From: the human T2T-CHM13v2.0 reference genome, Homo sapiens
Length of the DNA: 64,000 nucleotides
NCBI GenBank assembly: GCA_009914755.4
Contig: CP086569.2
Location: forward strand, 12,736,001-12,800,000
Direction: 5' to 3'
Below are positions 50,995-62,706 of the stretch, one piece after another (position 1 is the first letter of the stretch; every line of letters begins with the position of its first letter). Position numbers and translations under genes: made by a program. Under the pieces are notes generated by a model. That model did not search any database. It was given only the letters and a program-made list of their open reading frames with translations, and had not been told where the DNA came from.

Positions 50995-51240
50995 AATAGC
51001 AGCCTGAAATGGACTAAGCCATCTCATAAGAAGAGGGGATAAGGACACATATATGCGGAGTCGACCCTGTGAGTACAAGGGAGACTGTGGTGTTGGCAAG
51101 CCCAGGATAGAGACCTCAGGAGGAGCCAGCCCAGCCCACACCTTCCTCTGGGACTTCCAGCCTCCAGGAGTGTGAAAAATAAATGTCTCTTTTTTAAACT
51201 TCCCAGTTTGTGGTTCTTTGTTATATAAGCCTGAGAAAAG
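50995..51240 (+). mobile_element. MLT1-like 3' half-unit immediately downstream of the LTR12 (a continuation of the interrupted MLT1 array)
   Basis: aatagcagcctgaaatggactaagccatctcataagaagaggggataaggacacatatatgcggagtcgaccctgtgagtacaagggagactgtggtgttggcaagcccaggatagagacctcaggaggagccagcccagcccacaccttcctctgggacttccagcctccaggagtgtgaaaaataaatgtctcttttttaaacttcccagtttgtggttctttgttatataagcctgag. Confidence 0.6.
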
Positions 51241-52444
51241 TAACACAAAGTAATACAAAGCAGATGGTTTTGTGACACAAAATACTAATAGTAATGGTCT
51301 TGCTATTAATTAAGGGATCAGAAGGATAGGTATGATTAAAAAGATATTGTTTGATGGTTCAGCTTCCAGATATTACCAGCATGCAGATTTAGAGAACCGG
51401 TGTTTTCTTTAGCATTTTGGTCCCATCTTTTATAAGAGGCAGAGTTTCCAAAGAGGGATAAAGAGGATGAATGGGAGGAAAAAGAGGGGAGCATGAATAA
51501 TTGAGAAAAAAGCTAAAGCTGACAGAAAGGAGATATAAGGATAATCTATAGTTCAACTCTGTTCTTAAAACTGGATAATTGAGCTATTTTCCAAATGCAA
51601 TATTACTTATACATAATGGAGAAAAACAAGAAAAATTGTTTTCCAAGATTAAGTGGCATTCCTAATTGCCCATAAAAAATTACAGATCACTTTTGTAGAT
51701 ACCAGGATACCATACCACCCTTCACCCACAATTTGGGACATACTACTTATAATAGTTGACAGCTTTAATATCATTTCAGCTACCAGGATCTAATTTGTCC
51801 GCCTGGGATAATTTTTCCCTAGAGAACAGATGGAAAATGCGAGTTTCACAAACAGTAAATAATTCTGTGAGCCTCTTTGAAAACTCACTGAACTGATGCT
51901 TCCTCTGCAACATTGCTACCTTCAATTTTACTGATAGTAACTTTTGAAGCTGGATATTCAAACCTACATGCCATGTTATACTTTACATGGGAAACGTGGG
52001 GAGCGAATAATTTCATTTATAAGTTAATATTTACTGAAAAATGAAAATGTATGGTCCTAGGTCAACAATTGCTATCCTCAGTCTCACCTGCCATTAACGA
52101 AGGGATCAGCAGGATGAATACTATAAATATTGTTTGATGTTTCAGCTTCCAGATATTACTAGCGTGCAGAGTAAAATATTTTTTACTGTTATCTTTAACA
52201 ATACATTTTTTAAAACTCTAATTTAAGTGTGCAATATGTTTTCAAACTTCTACTGCCAGTTTTTATGATGAAAATTTTACACTTAAATTTTATATCTCAG
52301 TATTCTATAAGAAGAAAAATAAGAATTAAAGATAAGGCAGATAAGAAAAGGCATAAAATCAAAGATTTGTGATTTACTTTACTTAAAACTGCTCAGGAAA
52401 TGGAATTATACAAATACTAACATATATTGTCTTGTATTAGCTAC

Positions 52445-52790
52445 TGTAACAAAATACCATAGACTGGGAGGCTTATAAACAACAGACATTTATTGCTCAT
52501 GTTTTTGGAGGCTGGAAGTCCCAGATCAAGGTGTGGTAGATCGAGTGTCTGGTGAAGGATTCCTGGTTCCTAGATGGAGAGTTCTTGCTGTGTTCTTACA
52601 TGGTGGAAGGGGTAAGGGAGAAGGGCACTCCCTTGGTTCACTTTTATAAAGGCACTCTTCATATTCATGAGGCCCCACCCTCACGATCTCATCACCTTCC
52701 AAAGGCCCCACCTCCCAACACCATTACCATGGAGGTGAGCGTTCAACACATGAATTTTGGGGAGATACATTCAGTCCATAGCATGTACTC
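52445..52790 (-). mobile_element. MLT1-like MaLR LTR, minus orientation
   Basis: gctactgtaacaaaataccatagactgggaggcttataaacaacagacatttattgctcatgtttttggaggctggaagtcccagatcaaggtgtggtagatcgagtgtctggtgaagg...cttacatggtggaaggggtaagggag...cttttataaaggcactcttcatattcatgaggccccaccctcacgatctcatcaccttccaaaggccccacctcccaacaccattaccatggaggtgagcgttcaacacatgaattttggggagatacattcagtccatagca. This is the reverse complement of the MLT1 pattern. Confidence 0.6.
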
Positions 52791-54704
52791 ACATGTTTAT
52801 ATGTGTATATGTGTATTCACATTTTGTAGATATATGGAATAAATGTTATGTATATGTGTATATCCTTATGTGTGTGTGTATATAATATATCTAATAAATG
52901 TTATGTATATGTGGATGCGCTTATGTGTGTAACATATATATGGTATATTCCAAAATATTGCCCAATTTTTATACATAAAAATTATACTGAATTTTACTGA
53001 ATTATACTGAGTCAAATTTAAAGAATATTTTTCTACATTGTTTAGAATAAATTAAACATTTTACAATTAAAAGAGAGATACATTTTGGTTAACTTAAAAT
53101 AAAATCTCCCCCAAAGGTGACCTGTATGTGATGTGGGCAGGCTTGTGGGAAAACACATATCTTTGGCACAGATTTTTCTTTCCACATGGTTCTGCATACA
53201 CTGCCACTGAGCCCAGAGATACTTGGTCTTGCTGGTATACCAATGGATTATCTCTAAAAACTCCATTTCTCTAACTCTTTCCTTGAGAGCAAGGAAGGTC
53301 AGCTATCTGTTTTTCTGTTTGCTGGTTGCTTTTTCAGTTCAATGATACCATAAATAACCATGAAAGATCCCAGGGCTCATTAGTTGTTTGTGTGATTTGT
53401 AGGGCATTTAAAACCTCCTGCCTGCTATTCCTCCAGATTCTATTTTGGCTATTCTTGGAAGTCAGAAAGTTCGTTTTTCTCTTTTAGTGAAAAGCTCTAT
53501 CAAAATCCTTTTACATGCAGTTTTCCATTGTAAGACCAATAAATGGTAGATTTATTATTCTATCCATTTTTTCCCAGCACAGCTTCAACACAAAACAAAG
53601 TTGTACCACAGTTAACATTAAAGCCACATGACTATTTTTGGGAAAACTGCAGAATATCTCTTTCAGACCTTATGGGTGAGATGGGAAGGGACGAAGTAGT
53701 TTTCTGTTTTGTCAAAGGGAGATTTTCTTTACAGAGACATTAGATCATTCAAATCAACCATTTTGGAACACTGAATTTCCTTTTAATGAAAAACAAGTTT
53801 TTGTTTATTTTCAATGTTAACTGATGTGGTAAATGAATGTTTTTGGCATCCCCTTTGGGCAAAGTGGAAGACTGGCACATGGTACCAGTAAGTGAATTAA
53901 TAAATGATTTTTAAAATGTAAATAAGTAAATAAATTAATCCAGAAACATCATTATCTGTCAATGTTCCTGTTAATAAATCTTCAACAACCATATGTTAAC
54001 TGAAGCCAATGCAGAATTATTCTCTGGGGAAATTTTTTTCCCCACCAGACATATCCGCACCCCCTTTTCTTGCAAGGTTGTGATTAGATGCAACATTTTG
54101 CTGGATAATTCCATATTCTTGAGAAGACACAATGCTAATTTTTGCTGTCTTCATTGTCATCAATATCTGGAGTATGGTCTTCCTGAAGATGCTAACTTTG
54201 AAATTTCTACTCTTAAATCTTCTTTAGACTTCAAGGTAAACTACATCAGTAATGAAGGATTATATGAGGGATACTCAGCCCCTCTATATATGTATTCTAA
54301 ATTTTACCCTGGAGTTAACTCATAGCATTAAAAAGCCTCAGAGCTAAGAAACAACTTCAGATATGGAATTCAATGTTTCTAAGACACTCTGGCACCAAAT
54401 AAGACATTTGTTTTGCAAAGCTTAAGCTACCTGTAGTTGGATATTTACTTCAATTTGAAAAACATTATTTAAACATCTAAGGAACTTGCTGGTTTTGGGA
54501 CAGGATTCATTAATACGCTGTATGCTGCAGCCTTGGACCATGTTTGCATACATATTATCCTTATATCTGTCTGCCTTAGGGTTTAACATGGTGTTCACTG
54601 ATGACTTAAATGAGTCTACTTTCATGTCATGGAGTTATAGCCAAGCTAAATACAGAGACAAACATTTATCCTAGTGTTGGTGGAATTCTACATACCAGTG
54701 TGCC

Positions 54705-54728
54705 CATGCACACACACACACACACACC
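54705..54728. repeat. (CA)n microsatellite, short
   Basis: cacacacacacacacaccac. Confidence 0.85.
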
Positions 54729-55820
54729 ACTCTCCTTTTTAGGTACTCTGTCTTACAGGAATCTCTCTGTGACTTTGTCATTGTGGCAATTGGGAAAATA
54801 GAATAATTGATATGGTAATTTAGGAAGATCAACAGTAGCATCAGTTGATCAAAGTATCTCCCATTTCCAAATTAATCTTTGCCCTTGAGCAGAGAAGAAA
54901 TGCTCCTTACTGTTTTCCAACTGCCTCATTCCCTGCCAGGCATAGCATAGAAGAAATGCTCTTTAGTGTTTTCCAACTGCCTCATTCCCTGCCAGGCATC
55001 TTGATCCTAAGTCATGGTATCTTGAGGAAAAACATGAGAGCTTGCTTCACGGGCTGAGGTCATACTATGAATAACACAATTATTAGGGTGAATGTAATTG
55101 GAGGTAAGAAATGCATTGAGAAGAATCATTTATCCTCAGACTTCCAAGGTGCAGAAGTGATAAAAATATGAGTAGTAGAACATTCTTCAGTTAAACATGG
55201 TCCCATACATAAGGAACCTATTCAGACATACTCATGCCCTGTGCTGTCTGAGTCACTCAAGCACATGTTTGCTTTTCAGAATCAGGAGAAGGAGCCAGAA
55301 TGGAAACTCCTGAGGGATAGTTTCCTGTTTAACATTCTTATCCAAGACAATCTTCCTAGCTGCTAAGTCTGTAGATAGCTCAGCAGTTGTGGTGCTCATA
55401 TCCATTCGTTCATGGGTAGGGGTGATGTGCCGATGCTCTTCCAGGCAGAATACTCAATGAAGGTGATAAGGGAGTGAACAAAATGAGCCAAGCAGGCTCC
55501 TGGAATACATGGTCTAGTGGAGGCAGATAGTTATAAAAAATCAGGCAAATAGCTGTATCATTATAGACTGTGGTAGATAGTATGAGGGAAATAAATATGA
55601 TGCCAGCAGAAATTGTAACAAAGGGAATGAACTAGTTCAGGAGGTCACAGATAAATTCTACATGCTCCAAAAAGAAGACAGAGCAAGGCAAAGCATCTGC
55701 AGCAGGAGTAGGTAGGACTAGAGAAAATCTAGGTTTTCAGGGAAGGTGAAGAGTAGAGAGAAGTGTGAGCCAAAACCAGGCAAAGCAGGACATCTTGAGG
55801 GCCATCAAAAATGACATTCA

Positions 55821-56297
<477 letters not shown>

Positions 56298-56496
56298 TTA
56301 GGAAGCAGATAAAGTGTCCAGATAAGAGGCCAAGGTAGTTTCCACCAGACAGATGGTGACAGAAATGGAGAAATGCAGTCAAATGAGAAACATCTATGAG
56401 TACAGGAGCTAGATTGATTACAAGGGGAAAATGAAGATCTCCAAGTTCCTGGCTTATGGAACTGGACATGAAAGGCTGGGACACAAGTTTGTTCTT

Positions 56497-56895
56497 TGTT
56501 CTTGTGTTAGTGTGTTTTATGTTACTACGGAGGCTGGATGGTTTAAAGAAAAGAGGTTCATTTGGCTCACAGTTCTGAAGACTACAAGAAGTTTGGCACT
56601 GACATCTACTTCTGGGGAGGACTTCAGGCTGCTTCCCATCATGCCAGAAGGCAAGGGGAGCTGGTGTGTGTACAGAACACATGGCAAGAGAGGAAGGCAG
56701 ATATAGATACCAGGCTCCCTTAAACAACCAGCTCTCATATGAGCCAACAGAGCCAAAACTCACTCATTACCAGGGAATGGCACCAAGGCATTCATGAAGA
56801 ATCCACTCCATGACTCAAACACCTCTCACTCAACTCTACCTCCAACATTGGAGATCAAATTTCAACATGAGATTTTGAAGGGAAAAATACCCAAA
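56497..56895 (-). mobile_element. MaLR LTR, THE1/MST-like solo LTR
   Basis: tgtgttagtgtgttttatgttactacggaggctggatggtttaaagaaaagaggttcatttggctcacagttctgaagactacaagaagtttggcactgacatctacttctggggaggacttcaggctgcttcccatcatgccagaaggcaaggggagctggtgtgtgtacagaacacatggcaagagaggaagg...caaacacctctcactcaactctacctccaacattggagatcaaatttcaacatgagattttgaagggaaaaatacccaaagtgtatcag. Confidence 0.7.
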
Positions 56896-57399
56896 GTGTA
56901 TCAGGCATTGATAAGCGTAATGATCTTTGAGATAGCTGAGAGGAAATGTTGGAAAGACTTGAATATATGGGTCTGGAGTATGTAGAGAAGACATGAACTG
57001 GAAACATACATTTGGAGTGACTGACCTGCACACATTGATAGAAGTCAGGGGCAGAGATGGAAAAACTTACAAAAGGTGCATAAAATTACAGGAAATAGTC
57101 CAGGGGAAAGTTTTGACGTGCTCCAACATTCAATTGTCTGTTGAACAGTGAAGGTCAAATGCATCCTACGGATTGAGTGATTTAATTGAATTATGGTGAG
57201 CTTGCAGAGAGCTGTAATTAAGGGAGAGTTATAGGATAAATTTCAGACTGAAATTGCCTTTGCAATATTATAACTGAGGAAATTGTGACAGTGAAAGAGA
57301 TAGACCTAAATGACTCCATTTTGCTTCTAACCTCTAAGTTGTGCTTGTTCATTTCTCGGCATAGACTGAACTAATTTTGGGAAGGAATTTACTTCATGG

Positions 57400-58155
57400 T
57401 TTGACTCTGAAACAAAATTGAAAACAACCCTTTCCCCAAAAAGAAACACTTCTTGACGGGGACCAGCCTGCCTTTGCAGGAAAAACAAATTAGCTGCAAG
57501 ATTAGAAATTATAATTTAGGAGTCATGCAGCAGTGGGCTGTAAGAGTCTGAACCTCCCCACATTGCTTCTGGGGATAACATTACTATTGTAAAACCTGAG
57601 ATCAGTGCTTGAGATATTTTGCAGACCCTACACTTAATGAATCAGTTGATACCACCCAGACTAGTAATCTGGCTCAACCAGTTCTGCCCTCCCACCCAGG
57701 AACAGAAAACAGCAAGAAAACCTCACTTTGACCTGGTACAATTCCATCTCCAACCTGAACAATAAGCACTCTCCAATTCCCAAGGCCCAACCCACCAAAT
57801 TATGTTTAAAAACTCTAATCCCTAAATGCTTAGGGAGACTGAATTGAGTAATAATAAAACTCTTGTCTCCCACACAGCTGACTCTGCATGAATTACTCTT
57901 TCTCCATTGCAATTCCCCTGTCTTAATAAGTTGGCTCTGTCTAGGCAGTAGGCAAGGTGATCCCATTGGGTGGTGACAGGATTAGAGTTAGTCAAAAATG
58001 AGGGAAATGGAGACTTCAAGTATCCACAACTCGAAGAATATTGCTGATATTCATTTCACTGGGCAACCCACTCAGGTCCCCTTCCTCACTGTGAAAGCTT
58101 TGTTCTTTCACTTTTCACAATAAACCTTGCTATTACTCAAAAAAAAAAAAAAATT
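57400..58155 (+). mobile_element. LTR-like segment whose last roughly 100 bp resemble the ERV9-type (LTR12) promoter/R motif. It ends in AATAAA, then 15 nt, then A(14). Family unresolved.
   Basis: ...ctcttgtctcccacacagctgactctgcatgaattactctttctccattgcaattcccctgtcttaataagttggctctgtctaggcagtaggcaaggtgatcccattgggtggtgacagg...gggcaacccactcaggtccccttcctcactgtgaaagctttgttctttcacttttcacaataaaccttgctattactcaaaaaaaaaaaaaa. Compare LTR12 CACTGTGAAAGCTTTGTTCTTTCGCTCTTTGCAATAAATCTTGCTGCTGCTCACTC and the inverted 5'-arm ..CACAGTGTGGAAGGGGACCCGAGCGGGTTGCC. Confidence 0.35.
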
Positions 58156-58871
58156 CATTTCATCCATGTTTCCACATCACCTTATGTCATCTATATATGG
58201 TAACACATATCATCTTATATCATCAGAAAGACAATACTGCGTCTTATTACTTTGCTTACCTGTATATATTATTGATGAAAAGAGTCAAACTTTGTAAAAT
58301 ATTTAAAGAGATTTATTCTGAGCCAAATATGAGTGGACAATGGTCAGTGACACAGCTGTAGGATATCCTGAGAACATCGCCCAAGATGGTCAGGCTACAT
58401 CTTGGTTTTATACATTTTAGGGAGACATGAGACATCAATCAATACATGTGAGATGTACACTGATTCAGTCTGGAATGGTTGGACAACTGGAAATTGTGGC
58501 TTCAAGTTTATAACAGGAAGATTCAAAGATTTTCTGATGGGCATTTGGTTGAAAGCACTTGCCTAAAGACTTGGAATCAATAGAAAGGAAATGTCTGGGT
58601 TAAGATAAGGGTTGTGCAGACCAAGGCTATTGTTATGCAGATGAGGACTTCAGATAGCAGGATTCAGAGAGAATAGATTGTAAATGTTTCCAATCAGACT
58701 TAAAAAGCTGTCAGCCTCTTAGTTGAATTTCTCCTGGATCAGGAAAAAGTCCTGGAAAAGGGAAAGAGATTCCCTATAGAATGTAGATTTTCCCTCATAG
58801 GAGACAGCTTTGCAGGGCTATTTCAAGATATTGCAAATAAACATATTTGGGATTAAAATAGTTTGATTTCC

Positions 58872-59176
<305 letters not shown>

Positions 59177-59390
59177 TTATGATATTATGCCAGAGTCAGG
59201 TTGGAAAGTAAGCCATGTTTTATAGGGTTAAATAAAACCCCTCTTATGAGACTTTATGATTAGTAGGGCATGACTCCTAAGACCTCTAAGATAGGAATTT
59301 GTGGAAGAGAAGAGAAAAGGTCAGAGTTCATCCTCTATACAGTTTCAATTTAGTAAGAAATTGTACATTACATTTCACTGACTGAAGTGC

Positions 59391-59749
59391 CATGCACATC
59401 CATGTGAAGAGACCACCAAACAGGATTTTGAGTAATAAAGCTTTTTAATCACCTGGGTGCAGGCAGGTTGAGTCCAAAAAGAGTCAGCAAAGGGAGATAG
59501 GGGTGGGGCCATTTTACAGGATTTGGGTAGGTAATGCAAAATTACAGTCAAAGGGGGTTGTTCGCTGGTGGGCAGGGGCGGGGGTCAGAGGGTGATCAGA
59601 GGGGGAGCTTCTGAGCCAGGAGAAAGAATTTCACAAGATAATGTCATCAGTTAAGGCAGGAACTGTCCATTTTCACTTATTTTGTGACTCTTCACTTGCT
59701 TCAGGATATCTGGATGTATATGTGCAGGCTTGGGCTCAGAGGCCTGACA
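59391..59749 (-). mobile_element. HERV-H 3' LTR (LTR7-type), lacking one copy of the U3 duplicated segment
   Basis: The reverse complement reads tgtcaggcctctgagcccaagcc...tgaagcaagtgaagagtcacaaaataagtgaaaatggacagttcctgccttaactgatgacattatcttgtgaaattctttctcctggctcag...ccctttgactgtaattttgcattacctacccaaatcctgtaaaatggccccacccctatctccctttgctgactctttttggactcaacctgcctgcacccaggtga...cctgtttggtggtctcttcacatggatgtgcatgg. This is colinear with the LTR7 consensus TGTCAGGCCTCTGAGCCCAAGCC...GGCCCCACCCCTATCTCCCTTCGCTGACTCTCTTTTCGGACTCAGCCCGCCTGCACCCAGGTGAAATAAACAGCCATGTTGCTCACACAAAGCCTGTTTGGTGGTCTCTTCACACGGACGCGCATGAAA. A purine tract gaagagaagaa directly abuts the LTR start. Confidence 0.8.
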
Positions 59750-59909
59750 TTCTTCTCTTCTTATATTAATAAGAAAAATAAAATGAAATAGTGGTAGAGT
59801 GTTGGGGTGGCAAAAATTTTTGGGGTGGTATGGAGAGATAATGGGCGAAGTTTCTCAGGGGTGCTTCAACGGGAATTGGGGGCGGCATGGGAACATACAT
59901 TAGGAGAGA

Positions 59910-60473
59910 TTAAGTTGAGAGAAGATTTTGTGGTAAGGGGTGATATTGTGGGGTTGTTAGAAGGAATATTTTTCTTATAGAATGATTGATGATGGCCTGG
60001 ATATGGTTTTGTATGAATTGAGAAACTAAACAGAAGACACAAAGTCTGAAGAAGCGAAGGAGAAAAACAGATCTAAGAATTGGGAGAACCCAGGACATCC
60101 AGTCAGAGTGCCTAAGGGGATTCAGCATGATTATTTGCTTGGTTGGTGAGTTTTGGGCTCTATCCTTGCATTTTTTATGTTTTCATATTAGAAGACAGAT
60201 TGATTTAGGTAAAAAAAAATACTCTTCATTTAAAAATATACGGAGTCCTCCCTTTTCAGCAGTGAGTAATTCATGGCCTCGGGAGTTCTGGAAGACAACG
60301 GCAGCTAGAAAGTCAACTTTGGCCTGAAGGACTGATAAAGTTAGTGATATGTCTGTGATGCTAGCACAGAAGTCATTAGAGAGGCTATGGAAAGTTGTGA
60401 CAGAGATTGAAATGCCTGCTATTCCAGTACCGAGAGCAATAGTGGAGGCAGAAAGTCCTAAACCCACAAGCAA
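59910..60473 (-). pseudogene. Retroviral env transmembrane (TM) subunit remnant with fusion-peptide-like N-terminus, immunosuppressive-domain-like motif and membrane anchor, split into at least two ORFs
   Basis: ORF 60183..60473(-): MLVGLGLSASTIALGTGIAGISISVTTFHSLSNDFCASITDISLTLSVLQAKVDFLAAVVFQNSRGHELLTAEKGGLRIFLNEEYFFLPKS. Compare the gamma-retroviral ISD LQNRRGLDLLTAE.GG.C.FL.EECCFY. ORF 59910..60128(-): ...RHSDWMSWVLPILRSVFLLRFFRLCVFCLVSQFIQN... (hydrophobic anchor). Confidence 0.75.
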
Positions 60474-62202
60474 GGGAATTGGTGGAATAACCTTTTTGTA
60501 ATGTCGCTGTCATGAAGGGAACAGGAAGCTCTTTGGTTCCATTTGCAAATTAAATTCTGGGAGTAAGAATAACTAGTGTGAATGTGCCTGTCCAATTAGG
60601 AGGTAGACACGTCTAGGTAGAGGATCCACAGAGGAAGAAGAGACCTTGTGCAAGGCAAAACTGGAAATACAAAGTAAAAAGATGAGAAGGAGAACTAAAA
60701 GAGGTGTCTTGTACCCAGACTTCTAGGGATCCAGCTAACGCGGCAGCAGTCAGAAGTTGTAATGGGGACTGATGGGGTAACTGTGTAAAGGGAGATGTTT
60801 GATTTTCATGGTGTATGAGAAAACATCAAGTGTTTACTAGCAACCTTTACTGTTATTTACAGAGCTGGGTATAAGTAAACAAGAAGAGGGCCTGGGAGGA
60901 GAGTCTGATGAGCAAGGGGAAGGTAGCCAAGGATGGAGTGAAATACAGTGTAAGTGTCTTCCTAAGCAATAATTACTGCTAATGTTTTTAAGTTTGACAG
61001 TATTTGATAGAGGGCTTATCGGTAATGTGGATACAGAAGGCTCCAATTGTTTCAGTGAAGTGTGTAGTTGGTCTTTGGAGCTGAAGAGTGAAGGAACATC
61101 AAGAAGGTGAAAGGTTACCCAGGGGAATTCCAGTGGGTCTTTGCTGAGAGATACATAAAGCAGTGTCCACAGGAATAGTAGTTTGTGTTGTGAGGGGTCC
61201 AAATATGTGTAAGGGGGGAGTAGAGTTGATATAAAGCGAAAGGTTTTTTAAGTAAGTGTGGAGGAGGGCGGCAGCTTGCTGATGTGAAATGTCTGGGGAG
61301 GTTTCACTGGACCTGTCTAGAAAGTAAAGAAGTTCTTCAGGAGGGTAAAAGTGAGGGCTGTTAAAGGAAGTTCAGAGTTATAGGGAGACAGGAGATGTTG
61401 TGCAGTCTGTATGTAATGTGGGGACAGCTGTGTAGGTACAGAAAGAAAGGAAAGTGCAAAGCCAGTAATTATTCACTGAGGGATTAGAAATGGCTAGAAG
61501 AGAGTGAGTGAGATTGATAGTGTGGTGGAGATAGCTGGGGAGAGGTAAAGGGTGACATAAGAATGGGAATAAGAGTGAGTATAAAAGTAAAGAATACCAC
61601 TTCATCAGGGGGAAAGTATTGGAGGGTGCCCTGCCAGCAAATATCATCTATCCACTCTAAGAGGGAGTTAAGAGTGGCAGTTTGGGGTTAGCACCAGGAG
61701 ATATCAGATGTGGTGGCTTGGAGGAACTGTGTAAACCGGCAGTGTAAACAAGAGCAGGACATTTATGAGTAGTTGAGAACAGTGAATAGGAGTATGACTA
61801 GACAGAAGATAGTAGGGATGACAAGCTTTTGGGGTGTAGTCGAAGTAGTGAGGGTGACAACATAAAGCTCTGTTGCAAAAAGTAGGGTAAGGAAGAATAG
61901 AATTAACAGAATGGAGGGACATATTAGACTCATGAGGGTTATTACTATTCTTCAGAAATGTGGGTGAGTTTAAGGGAAGTAGGGGAGAGTACTTGTGACT
62001 TCCAGGAGGAAGAGGAGAGATTAGACTGGCTGTCCAATGAACACAGCTTTTTCTGGAATGGTGGAACCCAGTGGGGAGTATCCTGAAGGCAGATGGCACT
62101 TGGGGTAATATAGGTGACTAAGTAGGGTCTGGTCTATCGAGGTTGTAGAGTTTGAGGGGTCAGATTCTTAACAAGAACTGACCGTCCAGCTAAGGTGTCT
62201 TC

Positions 62203-62706
62203 CTATGGCTGGGAATCTGAAGTAGGCAAGAGAAGATTAGCAGCCTGGTGAATTTCCTGTCTAGTCTGCTGGAGGACTGGAAGATAGTCACCTAGAGGGC
62301 TGGTGTCTGGGACAAAGTTGGGGCCAAGCAAGAAAATGCATCCATATAAAAGTTCAAAGGGACTGTACCCTGTAGCATGATGAGAGCAAGCTCTAATTCT
62401 GAGAAGGACAAGAGGTAAAAGTACTGTCCAGTCCCTTTTAAGTTGGAGGCTGATCTTGGTGAGGTGTGTCTTTAAAAGACCATTAGTCCATTCTACCTTT
62501 CCTGAAGACTGAGGATGGTAAGGGATATGAAGTTTCCACTGAATAACAAGAGCCTGAGAAACTGCTTGGGTGATTTGACTAGTAAAGGCCAGTCCGTTAT
62601 CAGACTGTATAGAGGTGGTAAGGCCAAACCAAGGAATTATGACTGACAGAAGGGGAAAATTACCACAATGGCCTTCCCAGACCCTGTGGGAAGGGCCTGT
62701 ACCCAT
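62203..62706 (-). pseudogene. Retroviral integrase catalytic-core remnant (pol)
   Basis: ORF 62203..62706(-): ...IQSDNGLAFTSQITQAVSQALVIQWKLHIPYHPQSSGKVEWTNGLLKTHLTKISLQLKRDWTVLLPLVLLRIRACSHHATGYSPFELLYG. Compare the gamma-retroviral IN ..TDNGPAF.S......LGI.WKLH.AYRPQSSGQVERMN.T.K..L.KL. Confidence 0.8.

Noticed and set aside
50406-50996. Cluster of overlapping 60-100 aa ORFs on both strands in a CpG-rich segment that resembles a CpG-island promoter
   Set aside because: The segment is the GC-rich U3-proximal region of the LTR12 (ERV9) LTR. The CpG richness is intrinsic to that LTR family, not a host gene promoter, and the ORFs are mutually overlapping and Arg/Pro/Ala-rich.
53993-54325. 110-aa plus-strand ORF in AT-rich unique DNA
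   Set aside because: No recognisable domain, low-complexity composition, and no supporting signals.
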